From the NCBI GenBank assembly GCA_963812015.1, contig CAWETI010000002.1, positions 1,536,001-1,600,000 of the forward strand: DNA of 64,000 nt, written 5' to 3'. The notes under the pieces were generated by a model. The model made no database searches. It worked only from the letters and a program-made list of their open reading frames with translations, and was not told the DNA's origin. This stretch comes from an uncultured delta proteobacterium. GTDB lineage: Bacteria > Desulfobacterota > Desulfobaccia > Desulfobaccales > 0-14-0-80-60-11. Position numbers and translations under genes: made by a program. Of this stretch, positions 19,738 through 29,317 are shown piece after piece (the stretch's first letter is position 1; each line of letters opens with the position of its first letter).

Positions 19738-19986
19738 ATGATCGTGGAAACCATTGAACATATTGCCGACCGGGTACTCGCCTACGAAGAAACCGACCTC
19801 ACCGCCCTCCTCAACCATTTTAAAACGCGCATGGAAGATTTTGAACCAGGACCCGCCTGGGAAAGAGCGGTAATTGCCTACTTTTTGATTAATGGGGTTC
19901 GAGTCAAGAATGCCCTGAAGCAAGGCAAGTTGCACAATCAGGAGATAACGCCGGGAAGCCGACCGGCGTTGCGAGTGGTCAAATAG
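19738..19986 (+). CDS. small hypothetical protein
   Basis: 82-aa ORF with SD-like aaggga; WERAVIAYFLINGVRVKN and terminal LRVVK look protein-like. Confidence 0.7.
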   Translation: MIVETIEHIADRVLAYEETDLTALLNHFKTRMEDFEPGPAWERAVIAYFLINGVRVKNALKQGKLHNQEITPGSRPALRVVK

Positions 19987-20166
19987 GCGATAGTTTTTTC
20001 TCCCTCCCTGTCATCAGTTCCCCACCTCTCCTTCCAGCCGGGAGAGGCATGGAATCATATTTTCTGTTTGGTTTCCCCTGCCGCCGTGGCACCTTTTGAA
20101 TCCTCCACCAGCATACCCCTTACTCCATCAGGCGTTCCTCGAAATTCAGCTGGAAGCGAGGGATAA

Positions 20167-20280
20167 TACCAAGTTACCGTCAAACGAGTAATAATCTGAA
20201 TTGTAGGCGCGGTTCGCGAACCGCCCCTACAGGGGTTGCTATCATAAAGCCAGAATTACCTTTATGACGGCAACTTAGTA
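20167..20280. mobile_element. MITE-like element with 16-bp terminal inverted repeats enclosing a REP-like palindrome
   Basis: TACCAAGTTACCGTCA (20167-20182) vs TGACGGCAACTTAGTA (20265-20280), 14/16 match; internal GTAGGCGCGGTTCGCGAACCGCCCCTAC at 20203-20230. Confidence 0.6.
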
Positions 20281-20305
20281 AAACGGTCCGCGTCGGCCCG
20301 CGGGC

Positions 20306-20333
20306 TTGACAAGAAATGGCCTTAGCTTATCAT
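20306..20333 (+). promoter_or_regulatory. sigma70-type promoter
   Basis: TTGACA, 16 nt, TATCAT upstream of the ORF at 20372. Confidence 0.55.
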
Positions 20334-20371
20334 TAAAGTGAAAAAATCCTTTCTCATGGGGAGAGCTGGTT

Positions 20372-20656
20372 ATGAAGTCGAAAGTAGCAGCCCTGGTGAT
20401 CGCGATGGCAGTAGGAGCGCTGGCGGCGGGAACCGTCGGCCATGCCGCGAGCGAGGGTAAGGGAACCGGGGACAAGAAAGAGGTTGCGGGCCAGCAATTG
20501 TGTCCGGCCACTCCGGGAGGCGGAGTCTGCCAGGTTAATGGCGACGGATGTTGCTCCACCCAAACCCCGGGGCAGACCGCCTGTCAGGCACCCAGTGATT
20601 GCCCCCCGGCCAAGCCGTCGGTCAAAGCCAAGAAAGAATCGAAGAAATCAGACTAG
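20372..20656 (+). CDS. small exported cysteine-rich protein
   Basis: Sec-type signal peptide MKSKVAALVIAMAVGALAAGTVGHA; six Cys in C-C-CC-C-C order; Lys-rich tail; GGAG SD. Confidence 0.7.
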   Translation: MKSKVAALVIAMAVGALAAGTVGHAASEGKGTGDKKEVAGQQLCPATPGGGVCQVNGDGCCSTQTPGQTACQAPSDCPPAKPSVKAKKESKKSD

Positions 20657-20691
20657 TCCGGGTCCGGAGCAAGATTTGGACCTGAGACGAG

Positions 20692-20722
20692 ACAGGGCCG
20701 AGCCGCAAGGTTTCGGCCCTGT
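20692..20722. terminator. strong hairpin between convergent genes
   Basis: acagggccgagcc-GCAA-ggtttcggccctgt. Confidence 0.5.
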
Positions 20723-20738
20723 GGCGTTTGGGGCCCGG

Positions 20739-22079
20739 TTACTTCGATCCCGGGGCCCGGCGCTGGCGGCCCTTGAGAATGAGGCGCAGCGGGGCGTAGG
20801 TCAGGCCCAGCTTTTCCCGTAATTGCTTTATCAGGAAGCGGCGGTAGTGGTCCGGCACCCCATCGGGCTGGTTGACGAAGGCCACGAAGGTGGGGGGCTG
20901 GGTCTCGGCTTGGGTGAGGTAGAAGAACTTGACGGGGTGATCCCGGTAGCGGGGCGGGGGCAGCCGATCGGTGATCACTTTGAGGAGGCGGTTGAGCTCC
21001 CCGGTGCCCACCCGGGTGCCGCCCTGGGTATGGATCGCCTCGACCAGAGGAAAGACCCGCCTCAGATTGTAGCCGGTCAAGACCGACACGGGCAGGACCG
21101 GGGAGTAGGCCATGAACTCTAGGCCTGAGGTAACTTTATTGAGGATAGCCCGGGCCTCCTTGGTATCATGGCGCACCAGGTCCCACTTGTTCACCAGGAT
21201 GAGGCAGCCCTTGGCCTGGTCCTCGATGAGCCCAATGATGCGTAGGTCCTGGCCGGTGAGGCCTTCGGCCGCGTCCAGCATGAGCACCGCGACGTCGGCC
21301 CGGGCCAGGGCCTTGATGGTCTTCAGAACCATCTGGCGTTCCAGACCGCGGTCCACGTGGCTGGGGCGGCGCAGGCCGGCGGTGTCCACCAGGACGAAGT
21401 CCACGCCGTCACAGGTGAAGGGCGAATCGATGGCGTCCCGGGTAGTGCCGGGTAGGGGGCTCACCAGGAGGCGCTCCTCTCCCAGGAAATAATTGATCAA
21501 GGAGGATTTCCCGACGTTGGGGCGGCCCAGGATGGCGACCCGAATCCCCGGGGTCGGGGCCGGGACCTCCCGGGGCAGAGGCAGGGCTTCCCCCAGGGCC
21601 TCCAGCAAGGTTCCCAGGCCCAGGCCGTGGGTGGCGGACACGGGGTAGAGGGGGTCCAGGCCGAACCGGTAGAACTCCGGCAACTGAGCCTCCAGGCCGG
21701 GGTGGTCCATCTTGTTCACCACTAAGAGGATGGGCTTGGCGGTGCGGCGGAGATAGTCCACCACCTCGTAATCGCCTGCCTGGGGACCCTGGCGGCCGTC
21801 CACGACCAGGAGGATGGCGTCGGCCTCCTCCACCGCGGCTTCGGCCTGCCCCCGCACCTGTCCGGACAGGTCTTCTTCGCCCCCCACCAGGCCGCCGGTA
21901 TCCACCAGCAAAACGGTATGGTCATCCCAGGTGAGGCTGCCGTAATGACGGTCCCGGGTGACCCCGGGGATATTCGCCACCAGGGCCTGGGACGAGCGGG
22001 TGAGGCGGTTGAAGAGGGTGGACTTCCCCACATTGGCCCGGCCGATAATGGCCACCATCGGTTGCTCGGCCGGAACCAT
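20739..22079 (-). CDS. der: ribosome biogenesis GTPase Der
   Basis: two G-domains: GRANVGKST/DTGG/NKMD and GRPNVGKSS/DTAG/NKWD; C-terminal KH-like region. Confidence 0.96.
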   Translation of the reverse strand: MVPAEQPMVAIIGRANVGKSTLFNRLTRSSQALVANIPGVTRDRHYGSLTWDDHTVLLVDTGGLVGGEEDLSGQVRGQAEAAVEEADAILLVVDGRQGPQAGDYEVVDYLRRTAKPILLVVNKMDHPGLEAQLPEFYRFGLDPLYPVSATHGLGLGTLLEALGEALPLPREVPAPTPGIRVAILGRPNVGKSSLINYFLGEERLLVSPLPGTTRDAIDSPFTCDGVDFVLVDTAGLRRPSHVDRGLERQMVLKTIKALARADVAVLMLDAAEGLTGQDLRIIGLIEDQAKGCLILVNKWDLVRHDTKEARAILNKVTSGLEFMAYSPVLPVSVLTGYNLRRVFPLVEAIHTQGGTRVGTGELNRLLKVITDRLPPPRYRDHPVKFFYLTQAETQPPTFVAFVNQPDGVPDHYRRFLIKQLREKLGLTYAPLRLILKGRQRRAPGSK

Positions 22080-22081
22080 GG

Positions 22082-23443
22082 TTATTTCTCGGGGGTCTGG
22101 CCCAGGGCCATATTTTTGGGAGGCCAGTGGCGGAGCAACTCTACGGCGCGCTTCAGTTGGGGATCTTTATCCAGCTCCTCCGGGGTAATGGGCTGGTTCC
22201 AGGGCTTATCGGTCAAACCTTCCTGGCGCATGTGCCGGGAGAGGATTTCGTCCCGCTGCTTCTGCAGCGACTCATCCTGCGGGGGAGCCTTATCTTCCAC
22301 CACCACGTCGGGTTGGATACCCTTCTCGTTAATGGTAACCCCGCTGGGGGTATAATACAGGGCGGTGGTCAGACGCAGGGCGGAGCCATCGTCTAAGGGG
22401 ATGATGGTCTGGACCGAGCCCTTGCCGAAGCTCTTGGTACCCACGATCAGGGCCCGCTTCTGGTCTTTGAGGGCTCCGGCGACAATCTCGGAGGCCGAGG
22501 CGCTGCCCTCATTAATGAGAATCACCATAGGGGCCGAGGCCAACTTGCCTTCCTGACCGGCCCGGGCATAAAACCGCATGTTCTGGACCCGGTTGCGTCC
22601 TTCGGTGTAAACGATCAGGCCGGACTTCAAAAATTCGTCGGAGACGCGCACTGCCTGCTCCAGCAAGCCGCCGGGATCGTTGCGCAGATCCAGAATCAGC
22701 CCCTTGAAAGGCGTGAGGCGCTGCTTCATCTTTTTGAGGTAGGCCTGGAGATCGTGATCGGTTTGATCCTGAAAATTGGTGACCCGGATGTAACCGATAC
22801 CGTCGTCCAGGATGCGGGCCTTGACGCTGTGGATGGGGATGATTTCCCGGATGATCGCGAAAGCCTTGGGCTGCTGGAAGCCCTCCCGGTTAATGGTGAG
22901 GGTCACCTTGCTCCCTTTGGGCCCCCGAATCATCTTCACGGCTTCCATGATGGTGATATTCTTGGTAGGTTTGCCGTCGATCTTGATGATCTGATCGCCG
23001 GCCTTCAGACCGGCCTGATAGGCCGGGGTGCCTTCAATGGGGGAGACCACCGTCAAGGTGCGGTCCTTCAAGGCAATTTCGATGCCGATGCCGCTGAACT
23101 TCCCCTTGGTTTCGATCTGCAATTCCCGGAACTCATCCGGAGTCATGAAGGATGAATGGGGGTCCAGGGTTCCCACCGCGCCCTGGATGGCGCCGTAGAC
23201 CAGGTCTTTGGTAGTTTTGGACTCGGCATACTGTTCTTCAATGAGGGCCAGAGCCTGGGCGAACACCTTTAACTTGGCGTCGCTGATGGGAGAGGGCGAG
23301 AGCGACGCTTCCAGACTCTTGGCGGTTTCCGGGACATTCGGGTTCTGGCCGAAGACCGCCACGGGCCCGGTGAGGCCCCAGCCGATTACCAACCCTAAAA
23401 CCAGTGCCACGCCACCCCAAAGCCACGATTTCCGTAACATCAT
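22082..23443 (-). CDS. ctpA: carboxyl-terminal processing protease, S41A family (intact catalytic motifs)
   Basis: signal/TM segment, LDPHS, PDZ FSGIGIE, DLRNDPGG, SASASE (catalytic Ser), SFGKGSVQ (catalytic Lys). Confidence 0.93.
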   Translation of the reverse strand: MMLRKSWLWGGVALVLGLVIGWGLTGPVAVFGQNPNVPETAKSLEASLSPSPISDAKLKVFAQALALIEEQYAESKTTKDLVYGAIQGAVGTLDPHSSFMTPDEFRELQIETKGKFSGIGIEIALKDRTLTVVSPIEGTPAYQAGLKAGDQIIKIDGKPTKNITIMEAVKMIRGPKGSKVTLTINREGFQQPKAFAIIREIIPIHSVKARILDDGIGYIRVTNFQDQTDHDLQAYLKKMKQRLTPFKGLILDLRNDPGGLLEQAVRVSDEFLKSGLIVYTEGRNRVQNMRFYARAGQEGKLASAPMVILINEGSASASEIVAGALKDQKRALIVGTKSFGKGSVQTIIPLDDGSALRLTTALYYTPSGVTINEKGIQPDVVVEDKAPPQDESLQKQRDEILSRHMRQEGLTDKPWNQPITPEELDKDPQLKRAVELLRHWPPKNMALGQTPEK

Positions 23444-23527
23444 TTACCTCTATCACGTTGATGCGTAGGTAAGGCTCGGCAGGGGATTATTCATCGCAGT
23501 TGTCGGCCTTCCTGCTTGCTAGTGCTC

Positions 23528-24790
23528 TTAAGAAGTCTGTTTTTTTTGAGCCCCCACCTTGGGTTTTCCGGAAGTCAACACCTCCACCGCCTGCTGTACC
23601 CAGGGGTCCTCTTCCGGAGTCATCTCTTTTGGGGGGGCCTTGGCGTGAGTCTTGTCGGCCTCGGGGGTTTTCCCCGGGACCTCGGGTTCAAGGCCTTTCC
23701 CCTGGATTTTATCCCCTTTGGGGGTATAACACTGAGCCACGGTCATCACCAGGGCGGAGCCGTCATCCAGGGGGAAGGTTTTGGTGAGGCCGCACAGCCC
23801 CAGGGTCTTGGCCCCCAGCAAGGTGGCGCGGGCTTGGTCCCGGAGGGCCCCGGCTATGATCTCAGCCGCCCGGGCGGTCCCCTGGTCCACCAGCACCACT
23901 ATGGGAGGCAAGGTTTTGAAAATCTGATCCCGGTCTTTGCCCTTGAACGATTCTTCGGTCTTGGAGGAGCGCCCTTTGGCAAGGAGGACTGGCTGGTCAC
24001 CCAGGAAGAGGGAGGCGCTGCGCACCGCGTCCTCCATGGTGCCCCGGGCGTTGTTGCGCAAGTCCAGGATAATGCCCCGAACCGACGGTTGATGCTGCTT
24101 GATTTTTTTCAAGGCCGAGTCCAACTCCACCGGCGTTTCGTTGTTGAAATAACGGATACGAATATAGGCGACGTTGTTATCCAAATACCGATTCGTGACG
24201 GTGCTCAATCCCAGGGGCTCCAGGGTGACGGTCAGATCCAGGGGTTTGACCTCGCCGTTACGGAGCACTTGCAGCTTAAGCTTGGTGTTGGGGGGGCCTT
24301 GAAAGCGCCGGGCGGCCTCCTGGGTCGTGAGGTTGCGCACCATTTGCCCATCGATCTTGGAAATGTAGTCGTCGGCCTTCACGCCGGCCCGGGCGGCGGG
24401 GCCGTCATCGATGACGCTGGCCACGATGACGAGGTTGTTCTTGACGATCAACTCCAATCCGGCTTCAGCCGAGGCGCCTTTTTGACCGTGGAGATAGCCC
24501 TGATATTCCTTGGCCGTAAGAAATGAGGAGTCCGAGTCCAGGGAATTCATCATCCCCCTGAGGGAGCCGTAAATCAACTCATCTTCATTTTTGGGCCAGA
24601 CATATTTCTGGGAGACCTCGAAGAGAGCCTCGGTGTAGAGGCGCAGCGAGTCATAGTTGGAAGTGGGGGCGGCCCAGGCCGGCATCAGAAAATACGCCGT
24701 CAGGGCTATGACTGTTATGATCACTCCCAATCGCAGGGATGACTTGAGCCATCCGGGACCTGAGGTTTTTAACACCTTGAGCTGCTTCAC
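23528..24790 (-). CDS. S41/CtpA-like paralog lacking catalytic Ser and Lys (probable pseudoprotease)
   Basis: same architecture as the neighbour, but TARAAE replaces SASASE, TLGLCG replaces SFGKGS and DLRNNARG replaces DLRNDPGG. Confidence 0.85.
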   Translation of the reverse strand: MKQLKVLKTSGPGWLKSSLRLGVIITVIALTAYFLMPAWAAPTSNYDSLRLYTEALFEVSQKYVWPKNEDELIYGSLRGMMNSLDSDSSFLTAKEYQGYLHGQKGASAEAGLELIVKNNLVIVASVIDDGPAARAGVKADDYISKIDGQMVRNLTTQEAARRFQGPPNTKLKLQVLRNGEVKPLDLTVTLEPLGLSTVTNRYLDNNVAYIRIRYFNNETPVELDSALKKIKQHQPSVRGIILDLRNNARGTMEDAVRSASLFLGDQPVLLAKGRSSKTEESFKGKDRDQIFKTLPPIVVLVDQGTARAAEIIAGALRDQARATLLGAKTLGLCGLTKTFPLDDGSALVMTVAQCYTPKGDKIQGKGLEPEVPGKTPEADKTHAKAPPKEMTPEEDPWVQQAVEVLTSGKPKVGAQKKQTS

Positions 24791-24800
24791 GGTAAGAACG

Positions 24801-25808
24801 TTACCTCCCTGCCAGGGTGGGGGCTTGAAGATCCAGAACCGGCGAGGCCAGATGGCCGGCCTTCCGGGACATGACCTTGAGGGCCGCCTGTTTGATATCG
24901 TCAGCGGTTAGGCCGTAATGTTTTAAGAGATCAGCGGGTTGCCCGGACATGCCGAAGGTGTCCCTCAGGCCGATGCGTTGTAAGGGCGCCGGGCAGTGCT
25001 CGCTGAGGATTTCGCTCACCGCGCTGCCCAGACCGCCGCTGACCATGTGTTCTTCGGCGGTGACCAGGGCCCCGGTGCGCCGGGCCGAATCCACCACCAA
25101 CTCCCAGTCCAGGGGTTTGAGACAGGAGAGGTTGACGACCCGGGCGGCGATATTCTCCTGGGCCAGCATAGCGGCGGCGTCGAGACAGGCCTGGACCATG
25201 ATGCCGATCCCCATCAGGGTCACGTCCCGGCCCTCCCGCAGGACGGTCCCCCGTCCCAACTCAAAGGTATAGGTGTCGTCGTAGATCAGCGGCACGGCCA
25301 TGCGGCCGGTGCGCATGTAGACCGGGCCGTGGTAGCCGGCGGCCCAACGGGTCATGGCCCGGGTTTCGGGGCCATCGGCCGGCACCAGCACCACCATATT
25401 GGGCAGGATGCGCATCAGGGCCAGGTCTTCCAGGGCCTGATGGGAGCCGCCGTCTTCCCCCACCGTCACGCCGCCATGGGAGGCGACGATCTTGACGTTG
25501 AGGTTGCCGTAGGCGATGGTTTGGCGGATCTGCTCCCAGGCGCGGCCGGTGGCAAACATGGCGAAGGTGCTGGCAAAGGGAATTTTGCCTCCCAGGGCCA
25601 GGCCCGCGGCGGTGCCCATGAGATCCTGCTCGGCGATGCCCATGTTAAAAAACCGGTCCTTGAAGACTTTGGCGAAATGGTGAGTCTGAGTGGAGCCGGA
25701 AAGATCCGCGTCCAACACCACGATCAGGGGGTTTTCGGCCCCCAACTGGGCCAGGGTCTTACCGTATTCGACTCGGGTGCTCTCTTTGGCAGACAAATTA
25801 TGCCTCAA
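24801..25808 (-). CDS. transketolase, C-terminal subunit
   Basis: DADLSGST, MGIAEQ, GEDGGSHQ, TAEEH. Confidence 0.92.
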   Translation of the reverse strand: MRHNLSAKESTRVEYGKTLAQLGAENPLIVVLDADLSGSTQTHHFAKVFKDRFFNMGIAEQDLMGTAAGLALGGKIPFASTFAMFATGRAWEQIRQTIAYGNLNVKIVASHGGVTVGEDGGSHQALEDLALMRILPNMVVLVPADGPETRAMTRWAAGYHGPVYMRTGRMAVPLIYDDTYTFELGRGTVLREGRDVTLMGIGIMVQACLDAAAMLAQENIAARVVNLSCLKPLDWELVVDSARRTGALVTAEEHMVSGGLGSAVSEILSEHCPAPLQRIGLRDTFGMSGQPADLLKHYGLTADDIKQAALKVMSRKAGHLASPVLDLQAPTLAGR

Positions 25809-25873
25809 CTCTTTATATTATGGCGTCCTGGCGGGGAAAATATATTGCCCCGAGGCGCAAAGGTGCAAAGAAG

Positions 25874-26698
25874 TTATCCACCCAACTCCTGCATGGCCCG
25901 CTGATATTCTTCCGGATTCGGGGCGGCGCCGTGATATTTTTTCTGGCCTTCGAAGATGGACACGCCCTTGCCTTTGACGGTATGGGCGATGATCATGCTG
26001 GGCTGTCCTTTTACCCCCTGGCAGGTCTTGAAGGCCTCCAGGAGCTGGGAGATATCGTGGCCGTCCACCTCGAGGGTGTGCCAGCCAAAAGCTTTCCACT
26101 TATCGGCGATGGGCTCGATACTCATGATCTCAGCGGTATGGCCGTCAATCTGGATGAGGTTGCGGTCCAGGATGCCCACCAGATTGTCCAGCCGGTAGTG
26201 GGCCGCACTCATGGCCGCCTCCCAGATCTGGCCTTCCTGCACTTCCCCATCTCCCATCAGGACGTAGACCCGGCTGTGGTGGCCGTTCAAGCGGCTCGCC
26301 AGGGCCAGACCGTTGGCGATGGACAGGCCCTGTCCCAGGGAACCGGTGGGGATTTCCACCCCGGGGGTGCAGCCGGGATCGGGATGCCCCTGCAAAATGC
26401 TGCCAAACTGGCGCAGGGTAAAGAGTTCCTCCCGGGGAAAATAACCCAGACGGGTCAGGATGGCGTAATAGGCCGGGGCCCCGTGACCCTTGGACAGGAT
26501 AAACCGATCCCGGTCGATCCAGCAGGGATCACCGGCCTTGGCGCGCATCTCGCCGAAAAAGAGCGCCACCAGGATATCGGTGGCCGAAAGGGAGCCGCCC
26601 AGGTGCCCGGAACCGGCGCGGTAGAGCATCTCAATGATGTCGACGCGCACCTGTCGGGCGATTTCTTTAAGGTGGGATTGGTCCGGGATGGCGTTCAT
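25874..26698 (-). CDS. transketolase, N-terminal (TPP-binding) subunit
   Basis: GHLGGSLS, DRFILSKGH, TGSLGQG, GDGE...N. Confidence 0.93.
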   Translation of the reverse strand: MNAIPDQSHLKEIARQVRVDIIEMLYRAGSGHLGGSLSATDILVALFFGEMRAKAGDPCWIDRDRFILSKGHGAPAYYAILTRLGYFPREELFTLRQFGSILQGHPDPGCTPGVEIPTGSLGQGLSIANGLALASRLNGHHSRVYVLMGDGEVQEGQIWEAAMSAAHYRLDNLVGILDRNLIQIDGHTAEIMSIEPIADKWKAFGWHTLEVDGHDISQLLEAFKTCQGVKGQPSMIIAHTVKGKGVSIFEGQKKYHGAAPNPEEYQRAMQELGG

Positions 26699-27304
26699 CT
26701 CCTTTCAGTCGGTCATTTCAGGAAGCACAGGGGTGGATGGGCAATCTCCATCCGGCCCCGGGTAAAATCCCGAACCTGGCGCCAGCCGTGGCTGGATAAA
26801 AAACTTTCCCGGCAAATTTCCAGGAAGGGAGGCTGCGTCCGCATTTCAGCCCTTCTCCCCGGTTTCGGGGAATGCCGGATTTCCTGAAATCTCGGTAGCG
26901 GGCCACGCGGCGCCTGGGATAGATCCCCCGAATTGTTGATATTATGATTAACTATATCGTAAGGGCAATGCTTTTTCCACCCTAATGCCAAAAATTCCTG
27001 TCCCCTGGGATAACTATTTCATATTCTTAAGATTGTTTTTAGACCGGTTTTGTTAAAGGCCGGCAATTTTTCAGGGCTCATGGGAGCAAAAAATTGTGAG
27101 ACAGACCGGCGGCGGGGGGCGGTTTCTGCCGAAAGGGAGATTATCTCGGCCGGAGGATTTCTCTTGGTTCCCACCTCATCCTTGCAGTATATAATAAGGA
27201 TTGGCAAAAATTCGCCCGGACCCGGCCGGCAGGCAGATGGCCGGTTTCCGTGAAGCCGCCGGGGTGCGGCGGCGGCCTGGCTGGGCGACAGTAGGGAGAA
27301 CTCC

Positions 27305-27589
27305 ATGGCCTTGACCCGAGAGGAAGTGCTCCACGTGGCCGATCTGGCCCGGTTGAGTCTGGCTCCGGCTGAGATTGAACTCTTCACCCGACAGCTCAAT
27401 GACATTTTGGCCTACGTCGAGAAGTTGCAGGAACTGGACACCGAAGGGGTTCCACCCCTGGCCCACGTGATTCCGGTGTTCAACGTCTTCCGGGAGGATG
27501 TCGTCAGGGACGGGCTTGACCGGGATTCTGCCCTTGACAACGGACCGGCCCGGGAAGAGGGCGCCTTTGTCGTGCCCCGGGTCATTTGA
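27305..27589 (+). CDS. gatC: Asp/Glu-tRNA amidotransferase subunit C
   Basis: VLHVADLARL...FREDV...FVVPRVI. Confidence 0.93.
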   Translation: MALTREEVLHVADLARLSLAPAEIELFTRQLNDILAYVEKLQELDTEGVPPLAHVIPVFNVFREDVVRDGLDRDSALDNGPAREEGAFVVPRVI

Positions 27590-27592
27590 GAA

Positions 27593-27615
27593 GGTTTCCG
27601 GTTTTCGGTTTTCGG
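27593..27615 (+). repeat. heptamer micro-array (GGTTTTC)n
   Basis: GGTTTCC GGTTTTC GGTTTTC GG; reverse-complement array at 33257-33284. Confidence 0.55.
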
Positions 27616-27637
27616 TGAAAAGCACAAGGTGGTTTGA

Positions 27638-29098
27638 ATGACGGAACCTTTATATAGTCTGAGTATCAGTCGGCTGGCGCCGATGTTGGCCAGGGGTGAG
27701 GTATCGCCGCTGGAGGTGACCGAGGCTATGCTTACCCGCATTAAGGAACGGGACGGCGAACTCAACACCTATATCACCGTGGATGAGGCCGGGGCCCGGG
27801 CCATGGCCCAGGAGGCCGCGACTCGATTCAAGCAAGGTGAGGCCACGCCGCTGATGGGCATTCCTCTGGGCCTCAAAGACGTTATGGTCACCCGGGGTCT
27901 GAGAACCACCTGCGGCTCCCGGATCCTGGCGAACTTCATCCCCCCCTATGACGCCACGGTGTGCGCCCGGCTGCGCCAGGCCGGGGCGGTGTTCTTGGGC
28001 AAGGTCAACATGGATGAGTTCGCCATGGGATCAAGCACGGAGAACTCGGCCTTTGGGCCCTCCCGCAATCCCTGGAATCGGGATTATATCCCCGGCGGGT
28101 CCTCCGGAGGATCGGCGGCGGCGGTGGCCGCGGACTTGTGCATCGGCTCGCTGGGCTCCGACACCGGCGGCTCCATCCGGCAGCCCGCCTCCCTGTGCGG
28201 GGTGGTGGGCTTGAAGCCGACCTATGGGCGGGTCTCCCGGTACGGGCTGGTGGCCTACGCCTCCTCCCTGGACCAGATCGGCCCCCTCACGAAAGAAGTG
28301 CGGGATGCGGCCATCCTGCTCCAGGCCATTGCCGGCCACGATCCCAAGGACTCCACCTCGGTGGCGGCGCCTGTGCCGAATTACCAGGAGATGCTGGGCC
28401 GGGAGATCAAAGGCATGAAGGTCGGGGTGCCCCGGGAATTTTTCGGGGTCGGGCTGGACCCGGAGGTGGAAGCCGCGGTGCAGGAGGCTTTGAAGACCCT
28501 GACCGGCCTGGGGGCGGAACTCATCGAGATCAGCCTGCCCCACACCGAGTACGCGGTGGCCACCTACTACGTCCTGGCGGTGGCCGAAGCCTCCTCCAAC
28601 CTGGCCCGCTATGACGGGGTGAAATACGGCTTCCGGGCCGAAGGCAAGAATTTACTGGAAATGTATTCCCAAACCCGGTCCCAGGGATTCGGGGCCGAGG
28701 TGCGGCGGCGGATTATGCTGGGGACGTATACTTTATCTGCCGGCTATTATGATGCCTATTATAAAAAAGCTTCCCAGGTGCGGGCCTTGATCCGCAGAGA
28801 CTTTGAGGCCGCGTTTGGGCAGTGCGAGGTGATCGCTACGCCCGTGGCTCCCACCCCGGCCTTCCGTCTAGGGGAAAAGGTGGATGATCCGCTGACTATG
28901 TACTTATCGGACATCTTCACCATTTCCGCCAACCTGGGTGGGATTCCCGGCATTTCGGTGCCCTGCGGTTTTTCTTCCCGGGGCCTGCCCATCGGCCTGC
29001 AACTCATGGGACCGGCGTTCGGGGAGGCGGACTTGCTCAAAGCGGCGTATGCCTTCGAGCAGGCCACCGACTTCCACCGCCGCAAACCTCCCTTTTAG
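27638..29098 (+). CDS. gatA: Asp/Glu-tRNA amidotransferase subunit A
   Basis: [38 protein letters not shown]. Confidence 0.96.
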   Translation: MTEPLYSLSISRLAPMLARGEVSPLEVTEAMLTRIKERDGELNTYITVDEAGARAMAQEAATRFKQGEATPLMGIPLGLKDVMVTRGLRTTCGSRILANFIPPYDATVCARLRQAGAVFLGKVNMDEFAMGSSTENSAFGPSRNPWNRDYIPGGSSGGSAAAVAADLCIGSLGSDTGGSIRQPASLCGVVGLKPTYGRVSRYGLVAYASSLDQIGPLTKEVRDAAILLQAIAGHDPKDSTSVAAPVPNYQEMLGREIKGMKVGVPREFFGVGLDPEVEAAVQEALKTLTGLGAELIEISLPHTEYAVATYYVLAVAEASSNLARYDGVKYGFRAEGKNLLEMYSQTRSQGFGAEVRRRIMLGTYTLSAGYYDAYYKKASQVRALIRRDFEAAFGQCEVIATPVAPTPAFRLGEKVDDPLTMYLSDIFTISANLGGIPGISVPCGFSSRGLPIGLQLMGPAFGEADLLKAAYAFEQATDFHRRKPPF

Positions 29099-29317
29099 GT
29101 TTCCCTACAGCGTCTGCCGGGGCTGGGGCAGACTACAAGGCATTGGAGGGCTTGGGCCCGGCGGGCTTGCATTAACGAATCGAGGCTTATATCATCTGAT
29201 ATCACGAGGCAGGTCCGGGGGCGCCGGCAAGCTGGGCGGCGCGGCCCAGGCTGCCTCCGGGTGACCGGAGCGCGGGGTCGTCTCCCCAGCGCTTTGTTAA
29301 TGAGGTGAAGTTCAAGC

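Noticed and set aside
26700..27300. 600-nt divergent intergenic region as a possible ncRNA or riboswitch
   Set aside because: Only short scattered hairpins; no recognisable RNA family signature by eye. An Rfam/Infernal scan would be needed.
27305..29098. gatCA without gatB; also lptF without lptG and an orphan tolC
   Set aside because: Split arrangements are common; the partners are probably elsewhere in the genome.
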